The notes under the pieces are model-generated. The model had not been told where the DNA came from. It saw only the letters and a program-made list of their open reading frames with translations, and made no database searches. A stretch of DNA of 64,000 nucleotides. Source: Euglena gracilis (taxonomy: Eukaryota). Both the position numbers and the translations under genes were made by a program. Shown here piece by piece: positions 53,301-64,000 of this stretch (the first letter of the stretch is position 1; each line of letters starts with the position of its first letter). The stretch is taken from the NCBI GenBank assembly GCA_039621445.1, contig CP154954.1, positions 17,948,589 through 18,012,588 of the forward strand, in the 5' to 3' direction.

Positions 53301-56300
53301 TCCGTCCAGGCGCCCGGACAAGCACCATCCACGACGACCTCAACCCCTGCTGGGAGGAGGAGCTGGTGGACTTCCTCGGCCAGGCGGTGGCCGTGGTGGA
53401 GCTGAAGGTGAAGGACGAGGTCTGCGATTGGGACGGAGGCAATGCCCTGCCAGAGATGATTTTTTTTATTATGTTTGGTGACCTGGAGGGGGGGTGTAGG
53501 CCCCGGGGGGTTGGGCTGAGTTGGCCCCCCCCCCTCTCCAAGGGGGTTTCCTCAACTTTGGGCGAAAATTTTTTGACTCCAAATTCGACCAGCACCCCAA
53601 AGTGGGTCCTCTGTGCACCCCCCCCCCCAGAAGATGGGTGTGGATCCCCCTTTCCCCCCAAAAATTCTATGCCCCCCAAACTGATCACATATGGAAAAAA
53701 GTGGAGCCTCTGACTTGAGTGTGGAATAGTTTGGGGGGGGTGAGGTGTGTTTGTGGGGTGTATGAGTGGGAGGGTGTGCGGGGGTATGTGTGGGGTGACA
53801 ATGGGTGGACAGTGGGCTGACAGTGGGATGTGTGCAGGGGTGGGGGGCACAACAAAATATATCTAAAAAAAAATCTTTTTTGAGCATGCCAATTCCAAAA
53901 ATCTGCAATATGTTTGCCAACAATTCAAACGGCTGAAAATTTTGGTGGCAAGGAAAAAATTGTCAAAATGTGGATTTTTTTCGTTAGAATTATTTCTCCG
54001 CAGAGTTCATTGAAACCTTCCTATGATGCTGTTGTGTGATATTGGTGATTACCAACACTCCTCAAACCTGATTCCTCCAGTGACCTCCAAACACCCCCCT
54101 GGGGCCTCTCAAGGATGTTTAAGTCAATTCGATCTTTTTGTTGTTGTTTTTGTCGTGTTTTTTTTTGAGGGTCGACCGTTTGTTCCCTGCACTTGACGGT
54201 TCGCCATGTCGCTGGCATCCCCACCCTCCCAGGACGTGGGACGCCATTCCAAGCCTGTGGGCTCGGTCTGCATCCCCATCGGAGCCATTCTTCAAGGCCA
54301 CATTGCAGACACCTGGCATGCCTCCCCCCACCACTCTCTGACACTGTGTTGACCCTCCAGTGCATGACCATGGTGATGTGATGTGTGCAATGGGTCTTTT
54401 TTTTGTCAATTTGGCAGCTCTCCATTCTTCCTGTTTCCCCAGATTTCACATTGCAAATACAGTTTGGTAAAAACTGAAATCAGCTCTGCGAATGACTGGC
54501 TCTGCCAATGACTTCCTGAATTTTGTGACTTTTGCTTCTGTTTCCAAAAAGTGCTTTTCACTCTGGCCTTGGTTTAAGACCATGACAATTACTCAGTTGC
54601 GACTCTTGCAAATAATACCGACTTTTGTATGCAGTGAGTGAGGTTCGCTTATTTTTGTGTGCCACCTCACATCAGCTCCCTCCCTGCCGTCTCAGGCACC
54701 CCCTCGGCCGTAAGGGCCACCTCCGTATTTCTATTTGGTTTGTGGACGCCTCGCAGGAATCCCTGACCTGTGAAGTGCCATCCCCTTTCCAAGTGTGCGT
54801 GCATGTGCATATGTTTGTGCAAAATGTCAACCATTGTGGCGTTTTCGGTTTTGGATTGTTCCAGGAATTGTTTTTTACCCCCAGGGGAGGGGGGTGGGTG
54901 GGTGGGTCTGCCAGACCCCCTCCCCCGGGGGTGTCCCCAAGGGCCTTGTGGGTCCCCCACCGGAGACGGCGTTTTGGCAATTTTCGGCTTTTTTCAGTGC
55001 GAAGCGCCGCATTTTTTTGAACCCAAACTGACCCCCAAAAAGTGGGCCCCCTGGATCCCCCCGGGTTAGAGGGTACCCCTGGGTTGGAGGAAGGGGCCCC
55101 CGGGTCTTAAAAAAATTCCCTGTCCCCCCCCGGTCAAACATTTTTTCATGGTTGGCAGAAATTCAAAGTTATTTGGGTATCATGGGATTTTGGTTTTCTT
55201 CACTGCCATGTTATCATGAGCCATTTTAGATCACGTGTTCTGTTGCTGTGCAGTTCTGTGGTTTCAGTATGTTTGCAAGTGTGTGTGTATGGTGTATGTG
55301 TGCAATTTAATTGGCATTTATTTTTAATGATCTCCAGCATCAACACGGAATCTGGTGTCTTTGTGTAAACAGGAGACCTCAGGAAACCTCGTCACCCTGT
55401 TCCAAGATGCCCATGTTCCTCTGACCACACGTGTACCTGACGTTCTAATTGCCTCTGGGACATCCAGGGTTGGGGGTTAAGATCAGGCGGATTTCGGTTG
55501 TCTCTTTCTTTCCCTCCAGTGCCTTTTTCAGTGGGTTTCCAACCTGTGAGGACCATCCATTTTTTAAGTAGTCCGTCCCACTGACAGTAATTTTTGGCCG
55601 GCAAAGGAATGGTTTTGTTTATATGCAGTTTTCTTATCTATCATTTTGATATTTTCTGACAATAATTTATGCAGTAACATCCTGCTCTTGCTTCTGCAGT
55701 CCCCCCCCCAAAAACCTGACGGTGGGCAAGCTGAAAAAGATGGTTGCAGTAATCTGGCACCCCACCCAGTTGTTGTTACTTTTTTGGGGGGGGTGTCGTT
55801 TATCATTGTGATGTGCAACACAAATAATACATTTGCAAGGTGATTTGTGGTAAAATGGGTAAGGTCTTCCAACTGCAATGGATGATGATAGTCAAGATGC
55901 CATCTGTCGCGCCTCTTCATTTAACCAGCCCTGCAGACGTACCACAAATACAACTGCTTGTGGGAAACTTTATATCGCACGCTGCAGGAGGTACAGTTCT
56001 TTGTGCCAACGTTGTCCCTATTAGAATGCCCCTTTCAGGAAATTTGTTTCAAACTATTGTGTAACAATGTGAGGAACTGTGTTTTTCAACATCCTGCATT
56101 GCATTCTTCTGATTATTATTCAGAAATCCAAAAGTCCAAACAAATCCAAACAAAAAGCGCCGTCAATTATTTTAATGCTCTTTTTCTGTTTCCATCCAAA
56201 ATTGTGGCAATTCAAAAGTCTGCACACAGGGTTGTGTATGCGTATGCACAGCTGGGCAGGGTCCCGGTCTCCAAGGGCTGCCCACCGCAACAAACTTGCC

Positions 56301-59300
56301 CGACATGCCCTCTCCTCTCTGTCCGCAGCGCTCCTCCCCCCCTCATCTGCTTTGCAGGCCCAGCATTTTATTTATATCGCCGGCTGGTCTGTCTGGGCCA
56401 ACGTCTTGCTTTTGCGAGAGCGTCCCCTTGGGCCGGAAGGTGGGCCACGTGAGGGTTGGAGTTGCATCAGTTCCATGCAGCGTTTCATGGATGGTGTGAC
56501 GGCGATTCGCTCCATTGTCAAACAACGCACAGAAACGTAATTTATCCTCATTCCACTCAGCCAATTTTCGTGCAAAATAGCCTGCCACCTGTGGCTGAAC
56601 CTGTTACGCCAGTTTGCTGGAGTTGCTTACATAAAGCCAATGAACGAACAAACGAACTTATGAATAAATGAATGAATGAACCGAGCCCTGCCAGTGTACA
56701 TACACCCCCGTTCTTGACACGCTGGTCCATGACACAGCCCGTGTGTCAACCGCAGTTCTACTGTATCCAAAATGCCATTTTCTTTATGGTACAGTGTAGC
56801 GTGTCCATGACCCCCCCCCCCAATGTCAACCCTATTTCCCCCGTACTTTGGCATGTGAAGGACGGGGGGATGTCATCAAGCGTCGTTTCTCGCCAATCTC
56901 GAGCGCGGATTGCTTCGCTCGGTCCGTCAGTGCCGGTGTGGTGTCTTCTGCTTCGATGCCCCTGGGCCTCTCTGTCGTACTACGTGCCTTTCGGCACAGG
57001 GTTCATTTCCCTGGGGGAGTTGCTGAAGCAGAAGGCCGCCCAGGGCGTGACGAGCAGGGAGGGGCTGCCGGAGGCTGCTTGGGAATGTCAGAGCCCCCCG
57101 CCCCTTCTCACACTGTGCCCTGTATTAGCACCAATTGGTCGGAATAGCCTGTGAAAAGGGAGTTCGATCAAGGTTTGGCATTGCAAAAATTTACATTACA
57201 AGATTTTAATTATAAATTGAAATTATGGGTGCCCCCATGGTCACCCGAAGATGGGCACTCGTGACTGTTACACATTTTTCTTCATGTGGGGTCCCCCATC
57301 ACCGTTAAACATTTGTTTGGTTCCCTGTGGCTGTTTTGTTTGTTCACTGTTTGGCGGCTGATGTTTGAGAGAAAGCTCTTCTGAGTCCAACCGTCCCACC
57401 CCCTTCCCCCCCCCCCTGGGGGGCGGTGCTGCTGCTCGTGTGGGACGAGCTGCTGTCCATCGACAACCGCCTCCTCAACACGCTGCTGGGGGTGACCCGC
57501 ACCGGGCTGATGAAGACGCACGCCCCCGCAGCTGCTCACGTTGCGCTGGCGGAGGCTGCCTCACACTTGCTTGCCAGGAGGGGGCACTGAGCATCTGCGT
57601 GGCAACGACCAGGAGACCAAGGCGTTTTTCCAAGGCTCCGACGGTGTGTCAAATGAATTGATCCTGAGCTATTTATAAATCACACGGTCGCAATTGGTTC
57701 TGTAGACCCAAATGTGTTTCCAGCCGGCCTTTTCCCAGGTGTTTCTTGTACTGCAAATGCATCGCCCATGTCTGTGGAGGGGGTGTGATGCAGTTTCTGG
57801 GCATAGCAGCCTTCTTCGTCTTGGCAATCAGTTTTGGGCATTGCTCCTGCTTACTCGCGGTCCCACACACTGGGCTCCCCCCCCCCCCCCCCAGTGGTGT
57901 GCCAGCTCGTCATGCGGCGGGCGGGCAATGGCATCAGTTCGCCGGGCAACGTCTCCGCGCTGACTGGGGTATGCCCAGGCCTTGTCAGGGGCGGTGCTGA
58001 TGGGCGTTAGCACATTCAATGCAAGATCCACAAAAGAAATGACCAGAAAAAATGTCCATATTTTGGCAAACAACAGGGCAACTTCGGCTTTGGGGAAAAA
58101 AGGGATTCCTGGCATCCTTTTTCAACCTTTATTTTTTCGACCCATTCGAGCCCCACTTTGGCCCTTGGCCAGCCCCGAGGCCAGTCTGGGGATCGAACGG
58201 GGTCGAAAATTAAAAAAAAAGTTGAAAAGAGTGTCTTTTGATGCTTTTGGTGCGTGGGCGATGGTCCAAGGATGCCAGATATCAAGTTTTTTTCCACTCA
58301 AAGTGCACCTGTTTTTGGTGGACAGATATTGCAGATTCCTTCCATTTTTGGTCGATTTCCGGTCTGGAACTGCCATGCAGGGTGGCGAGGCTGTTATTTG
58401 GATTTATGGCAGGAAACCCGAGGGGAGGCTTCTATTTGGGGTATTTACAACAAAAAAGATGGATACTGAAAGTGGCGGATTTTTTAGTTGGTCCAATATG
58501 AGATGAGGTTGGGAATTCTGGAAGAAAATTAGCTCACACCTGCAAGAAGAACGGTGCCAAGTGAGAACCTTTCAGCAACGAGCCCACTGCCTCGTGGCGG
58601 GGGGGGGGGGGGCTTTTGTGCGGACAGGGGGGTGGTTTTCGGGATTTGGGGGAGTCGCACCATTCGCATAAAATTCCACCTGGGGCTGTTGTGGGGTGCA
58701 AACCAAAAAAAATTGGAACAGAAATTTGAATTTTTCCAAAACATTTCAATTTGGTGAAGAGTGAGGATTTTGAGCCTGTCTTTTTTTGTTTTCTTTCCCC
58801 CAATCCCAGGGTCCTGATAAGCTGAACAGCGTGTTTTGGAGGTTGTTGGTTTTGTGTTCAGTGGCTTTTCAGTCGATAAATGGCAATCTTCGGGCCAATC
58901 CAGTGCGACCCAAACTGACGCAAGCGCCGGCCGCGGGACAACTTGCAAGGATGGATATTGATATTGCGTTTAGGGGGGTCCCGATAAATCTGGATAGATT
59001 AAACCCCCGATATCCTCGATAAAAATTGATAAAACCGATATGATCATTTTCCCCCCGACATCCTCATTTTTGTGATATGGAGAATCCCAAATCGCCCCAA
59101 AAACAACAAAAAAGTTCATTGCCCCCCCCCCCCAATACAGCTGATATTTCATGGTATTTTTTCGGGACCCAATAAGTTCAAGATCGGCAATCAGGCCGAT
59201 ATGGGCCGATATCCAATATCCATCCCTGCAACCTGTCTTCACCGCAGGCGCTCAGCAAGGTGGCGACGGAGGCGGTCTTCACGCACCACCAGAAGACCGT

Positions 59301-61092
59301 CGTGTGCGACGCCCCAGCCGCGGCCTACGGCCGCCGGCGGGTGGTGGCGTTCGTCGGGGGCCTGGACGTCACCAGCGGCCGCTTCGACACCCCGGAGCAC
59401 CCACTGTTCGCCACGCTGGCATCCTGGCACTCCGTGGACTTCTACCAGGTTGCAAGCATCCTGGTAGCAGCAGCGGTTGGTGTGACCGGGGAAAAATGCT
59501 TCTTTGCGCCACGACAACTGTGGGACATTTTTTTTTGTAACTGGCTGTGCCAAGTTGAACCTTTTGTTGCATCCCATGCAACGTTGAAGATGCGCGCCGT
59601 GACCACGACGACATTCCATTCATATTGTTTGCACTAAGCCGCAGCTAAAAAAGGTCTGTGTCACATTCACCGAGGCAAAAACAATACTTGCTTGCTTATT
59701 TACTGACCTGCACTGTGCCGGCACTATTTATTTTTTTTGCAACACCTTTGCCACGGCGCAGTAGCGACAAATACTTGGGCGGCCCACGTGGCACTTAAGG
59801 ATTTTGGCCAAACCAGGCGCACGTGTGCGCGAACTTGTGACACGTCCGTCTCAGTTGGTTTGCGGTGTTTGAAAACCCGGCCAGCGGCGCGGACGTGTTA
59901 CCCAAGCAGGGCTGTAGTGCCTTGGGGTTCGAACCAGGCTTCTGCTTAAGGGTTCGCAGTGCCCGCCGGGGGGGGGGGCTGGACTGAAGCTAGTCCAAAT
60001 TTGGCCAGTGGAAATCCCAGTGGGTCCGCTGGCAGGGCTGGCTAGAGGAATTTTTTTTCAGTGACCAGCACGAAGCACCAAAATTTTTTGGAACCCCAAA
60101 ACTTGCCAAAAATGCTCATTTTTTTGCCATTTTTTTTTAGTTTTTTTTTTGGAACAGAACCACCAAAAAAACACGTTGGAAACCACATTTCCGTCTCAGC
60201 GCACAGCGTCGGAGGAGTTTTTTTTCCCCCCAGTTGGGGGACCCCCCAATCCCCTGCAGTGCCCGCAAAGGGGGGGATGTCCCCACGTGCGCAGGTGTGT
60301 GCGATTGTGCCCTGCAATGCATGTATGTCGTTTCGGGCGGTGGTTTCAAGCACCGCAAGTCCGTGGACCTCGAACCTCTCCACGGCTGTACGGGAATCCC
60401 CGCAACCCTGTGGGTGGTGGGTGGGGGGGTCCCCCCCATCCTGGTGGTGGGGGGGGGGGTCCGACCCCCCGCCAGGCCTTCCCGTATTTTCGGGGGCCCC
60501 GATTTTTATGTCAACGTTTTCCTTCGGCGCCGAAGGTAATTTTCTTTGAGCGGGTGCCATGGTGGGTGGGTGGGGGGGTCGACCCACCCTCACCAGGCCT
60601 TCCGGCACAGGCCTGCCCTGCCCTGTCGGTCTCTCTTTGCCGCCTCCTTCGTGATGCCCTCACAGCCTCACAGGAGTTCAAATGTGTTTTCTTTTGGCGC
60701 TGTCCCCCCCTGTCCCCGTGTGCAGGGGTATGGGGAGTACGAGGCGACGTATGGGCCCCGCCAGCCGTGGCACGCCCGCACCATTGCCGGCTGTGCCAAG
60801 AGTGACTTACCTGCCGAAGGACCCAACCATGTTTCCTCGTTGCCAAACGGCCAAAAATGCAGAAGCTGGCCCGAAGTGCTTTGAGTGGTTGAAGGGACCG
60901 ACCCTCTGCCATTTGTTTCACACTTCAATTTTCTTTTTTTCAGAAATCGAAACGTCAAAATACAAGACTGTTTTTTTCCAGACATAGAAAGCGAAGGGTC
61001 TGCAATGGCCTGGCCCTGACGTCCATGCTATGGTGGATGGCCCGGCAGCCCTGGACGTGCTGAGCAACTTCGAGCAGCGGTGGCGGAAGCAG
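50306..61092 (+). CDS. C2-domain phospholipase D (plant PLD alpha/beta/delta-like), spliced, 3'-incomplete in this window
   Basis: Exons 50306-50341 (tentative start), 50917-51052 (FLHGTLHVVVHEARDLPNVD), 53310-53419, 54233-54315, 54696-54792, 55373-55461 (VTLFQDAHVP), 55939-55990, 56358-56439 (HFIYIAGWSV), 57000-57051, 57425-57521 (VLLLVWD), 57607-57643, 57895-57968, 59248-59448 (first HKD motif HQKTVVCD, AFVGGLD), 60726-60773 (PRQPWH) and 61018-61092 (DVLSNFEQRWRKQ). A possible next exon is 61848-61888. The second HKD motif is not seen in the window. Confidence 0.92.
55462..55938 (+). other. nonconventional intron
   Basis: C|ATCCAGGGTTGGGGGTTAA...TTAACCAGCCCTGCAGAC|G. CAG/CTG consensus; yields ASGTYHKYNCLWE. 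Confidence 0.8.
57052..57424 (+). other. nonconventional intron
   Basis: C|GAGCAGGGAGGGG...CCCCCCCTGGGGGGC|G; restores QGVTVLLLVWD. Confidence 0.8.
57522..57606 (+). other. short (85 nt) nonconventional intron
   Basis: C|GCCCCCGCAGCTGCTCA...TGAGCATCTGCGTGGCAAC|G. 13 of 15 positions pair; restores MKTHDQET. Confidence 0.88.
58946..59228. mobile_element. MITE with CCGATA repeats
   Basis: CAAGGATGGATATTG / CAATATCCATCCCTG TIR; flanks CAACTTG / CAACCTG. Confidence 0.7.
60774..61017 (+). other. nonconventional intron
   Basis: C|GCCCGCACCATTGC...GCAATGGCCTGGCCCT|G; restores the conserved PWHDVH. Confidence 0.88.
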
Positions 61093-62972
61093 GTTGGGGA
61101 TGCCCATCCCGGTTGGGGTGGTGTGGGTTGCGCGTGCTTCGCATGGTTTAGCTTCCACCCGCTGTTGAGTACAAATCCCATATGTATGTAAAGGATTTGT
61201 CGGTTTACCTCCACATATACATGAATAAAAATATATGAATATAAATAAATATAAAATGAAATATAATAAATAAATACAAAAAATATTATAGGATCATCTG
61301 TAAAAAGAAGCTCGGTATGTGTTGTTCCTTCTTTGCTGATGACCCTTGGCTGCGTTGCCCAAATGTTTATCTGTGACCCTCACCACGTTGCGTTTGCTGG
61401 AGCCAAGACCAGCCTCCACAAACATTAGCGACACTTGCAACCCTTTTCATTCATCCAAGCATTTGCCAACGGTGACCGATTTTCCCCCCTCGAAATCTCA
61501 TGACTTCTGTGTGCTTAAAAAATGCAGTTTTAACCAGCAAACTCATCGCAAGGCTGTACCCCCAAACGGCTCTCAACGTGCTGTAGTGGTGTCCCCTAGG
61601 AGGTCATGCCCAGCCATTTACATAATCTGCTGTAAGTCCCATGGAATCGAACCAGTCCCAGAACAAAAAGCTGTTGCGGTTCATCTGGGTTTTGTGTGGA
61701 TCTAATTTCGAAATGAATTTGACAACAAATTTCACATCCAGATTTGATGTCCTGGGAAAAGTTTTTCTGCTGCAAATAAGGCCATATAATTTCCACAAAG
61801 AACACTTTTTCAGATGTGTTTGGGTGCAACACTTACCCTATCTGCAGGTTCGAAGGAAGGCGGGTTGCCTGCTGGATCTGAGTTCAAGGCTTGGCGAAGA
61901 GATGGTTGTTTAGAACAATCCCGAATGAAACTTCAATTATTTATTGCTGAACAGCAAACATCCAAAAAAACAGCTGGTTCATATTTCCCCGCAAAGAATA
62001 TTTTTTTTTTGGTCTGCAATGCTTCTGGATGAATTGCATTGCACTACTCGGGCTACTCGGGGGTGGGTTATTCTACCAAACACAAACAAACTGCAAGTGT
62101 CAACTTCAGCCCATGTGGCCAAGCTGGGGCATTTGATTGTGCCCCAGGATTCGGTACAAGGAGGGTGTCACGGCTTAGGGTGGGGGTCGCTGAGCTCTTA
62201 TCTCTTTTTGAGTAAGGGCGAAGCTTTCCTCCGGGGGAAAAGGGAGGAGGGTTGAACCCCCTCCCAACCCTGGGTAGGTAATGAAAACCAGTGTATTATC
62301 ACCATGACCCTGGACTCGTTCCCGGTATTTTCCCCCCACCCGTGAGCGACTGGATCTTGGCTTCCCAAATGACCTCCGTTGAACCCCCAACTCCCCGCCA
62401 GGTCCAAGTCATTCAGCCAAGGGGAGATAAGCCCAAGGTGAGATTTTCCGTCAGAAAAATCGATTTTCCAAAAATATCTCGAGAAAGCGTACATTACAGT
62501 GTGCCAAAAAAGTTTTTATACCCTAAAGCCAAAAAAGTTTTTATATCCCTCAGACGAAAAAAATAAAAAATGATTTTTTCTTTGGTTAAACATATGCCTT
62601 GTGCCATGGGTTGGGGGGCCACAATGGGTGATGGGCAGAGCAAGGTGGCGCCTGCACCATATGCTGCACGCTCCTAAAGGCTGTTCAGTAGCGTGTGTGA
62701 CCTACTTTGGCCGCCAGCACGGCATGCATGTGGGCAGGCAGGCTTTTGTACAGTTTCAAAACGGAGTCCTGGGGTATCCCCAGGAATGCTTGCCGTATGG
62801 CCTCCCAAAAGGAGGTTTCGTTGCTGTACGCCCGCTGACCCAGCCTGCTAACCACTTGCGGCCGAAGGTTTTCAGTCAGTCTTCTGGTGCACGTGGCGGT
62901 TGTTGGTGGTGGGCAGCCCGGGGAAGTGGGGGGGGGGTGGCTGAGCGTATGAGCCAGACCTGACCGGAGCTA

Positions 62973-64000
62973 CAGCAACAAAACTGCTGGAAATACGTCC
63001 CTTGAGCAGTTGTATTCACACGCGCGCGCACACACACCCACACCCACACCCACACCCACACCCACACCCACACCCACACCCACACCCACACCCACACCCA
63101 CACCCACACCCACACCCACACCCACACCCACACCCACACCCACACCCACACCCACACCCACACCCACACCCAAACCCACAAACATGTGTGAAGCCGATTT
63201 CAGGAAAAGAATGCCCGTGCAGGTCGGAGCCCCTCTCCACGACCACATTTTCCGGGCCAAATTGGCCAAATCCTGCCTTTCACCAAATATCCCCAATGAC
63301 CAAACTGGCCAATCTCCCCCCACCCTGCCCTGGGCAGGGTTCAGCCAGAAGACTGCACCTTTTCAAGGAATTTTGAGCGACTCCCTCCATTTCATCCATC
63401 CTCGGTGTGCCCATCCTGTTCGCCGGTAGATTTCAAATTCTGCTCTTCGGGGCTAGCAAATACCAATTCCAACAAGATGGGGCACCGGTGCACAAAAGCA
63501 GGTCGACACAGGACTGGCTGAACGACAAGGGTGCCAGGTTGTTCAACGACGGGGCCTGGCCACCAACCTCACCTGACCTGAATGTTATTGAATGCAGTCT
63601 TCTGGCTGAACCCTGCCCAGGGCAGGGTGGGGGGAGATTGGCCAGTTTGGTCATTGGGGATATTTGGTGAAAGGCAGGATTTGGCCAATTTGGCCCGGAA
63701 AATGTGGTCGTGGAGAGGGGCTCCGACCTGCATGGGCATTCTTTTCCTGAAATCGGCTTCACACATGTTTGTGGGTGTGGGTGGGTGTGAGTGGGGAGGT
63801 GGGTGTGGGTGTGGGTGTGGGTGTGGGTGTGGGTGTGGGTGTGGGTGTGGGTGTGGGTGTGGGTGTGGGTGTGGGTGTGGGTGTGGGTGTGGGTGTGGGT
63901 GTGGGTGTGGGTGTGGGTGTGGGTGTGGGTGTGGGTGTGGGTGTGGGGGTGTGTGTGTGTGTGTGTGTGTGAATACAACTGCTCAAGGGACGTATTTCCA
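62973..64000 (+). mobile_element. Tc1/mariner-derived fold-back element with long inverted arms and a transposase fragment (runs off the window)
   Basis: 62988-63356 is the near reverse complement of 63593-64000, and both arms contain (CACACC)n. Starts TA|CAG at 62971-62975. The spacer encodes FQQDGAPVH...WPPTSPDLNVIE. Confidence 0.85.
63434..63595 (+). pseudogene. Tc1/IS630-type DDE transposase fragment
   Basis: YQFQQDGAPVHKSRSTQDWL...WPPTSPDLNVIE; 37 residues lie between the second catalytic D and E. Confidence 0.88.

Noticed and set aside
54862-55122. CAGG...CCTG element as a TSD-bearing MITE
   Set aside because: The ends look right but the flanks do not match, so it was not counted as TSD evidence (the same applies to 8209-8460).
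63002-63429. PH/PT/GV dipeptide-repeat ORFs
   Set aside because: These come from the hexamer microsatellite in the inverted arms.

Overview
This is intron-rich eukaryotic nuclear DNA, almost certainly from a euglenid (Euglena-like), not a prokaryote. Small GC-rich exons on the + strand assemble into four genes: the 3' end of an unidentified gene (~4030-6416), a CRT-like (DMT superfamily) transporter (~10263-22448+), an NSUN2/Trm4 tRNA m5C methyltransferase (26612-48303) and a plant-type C2-phospholipase D (~50306 to beyond the window end). Reading frames and conserved motifs are restored only if about 13 introns are non-GT-AG. These have the euglenid nonconventional form: base-paired ends, often CAG at +4..+6 and CTG at -8..-6, and mostly Y|R borders. 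Introns and spacers are packed with MITEs. Seven MITEs have CA(G/T)...(C/A)TG terminal inverted repeats and 8-bp target-site duplications (five perfect), which is hAT-like. That geometry (3 nt + element + 5 nt = one 8-bp TSD) is exactly the geometry of the nonconventional introns, suggesting a MITE-to-intron (introner-like) system. The window ends in a fold-back Tc1/mariner DD37E remnant. All exon and intron coordinates were derived by hand and need RNA-seq confirmation.
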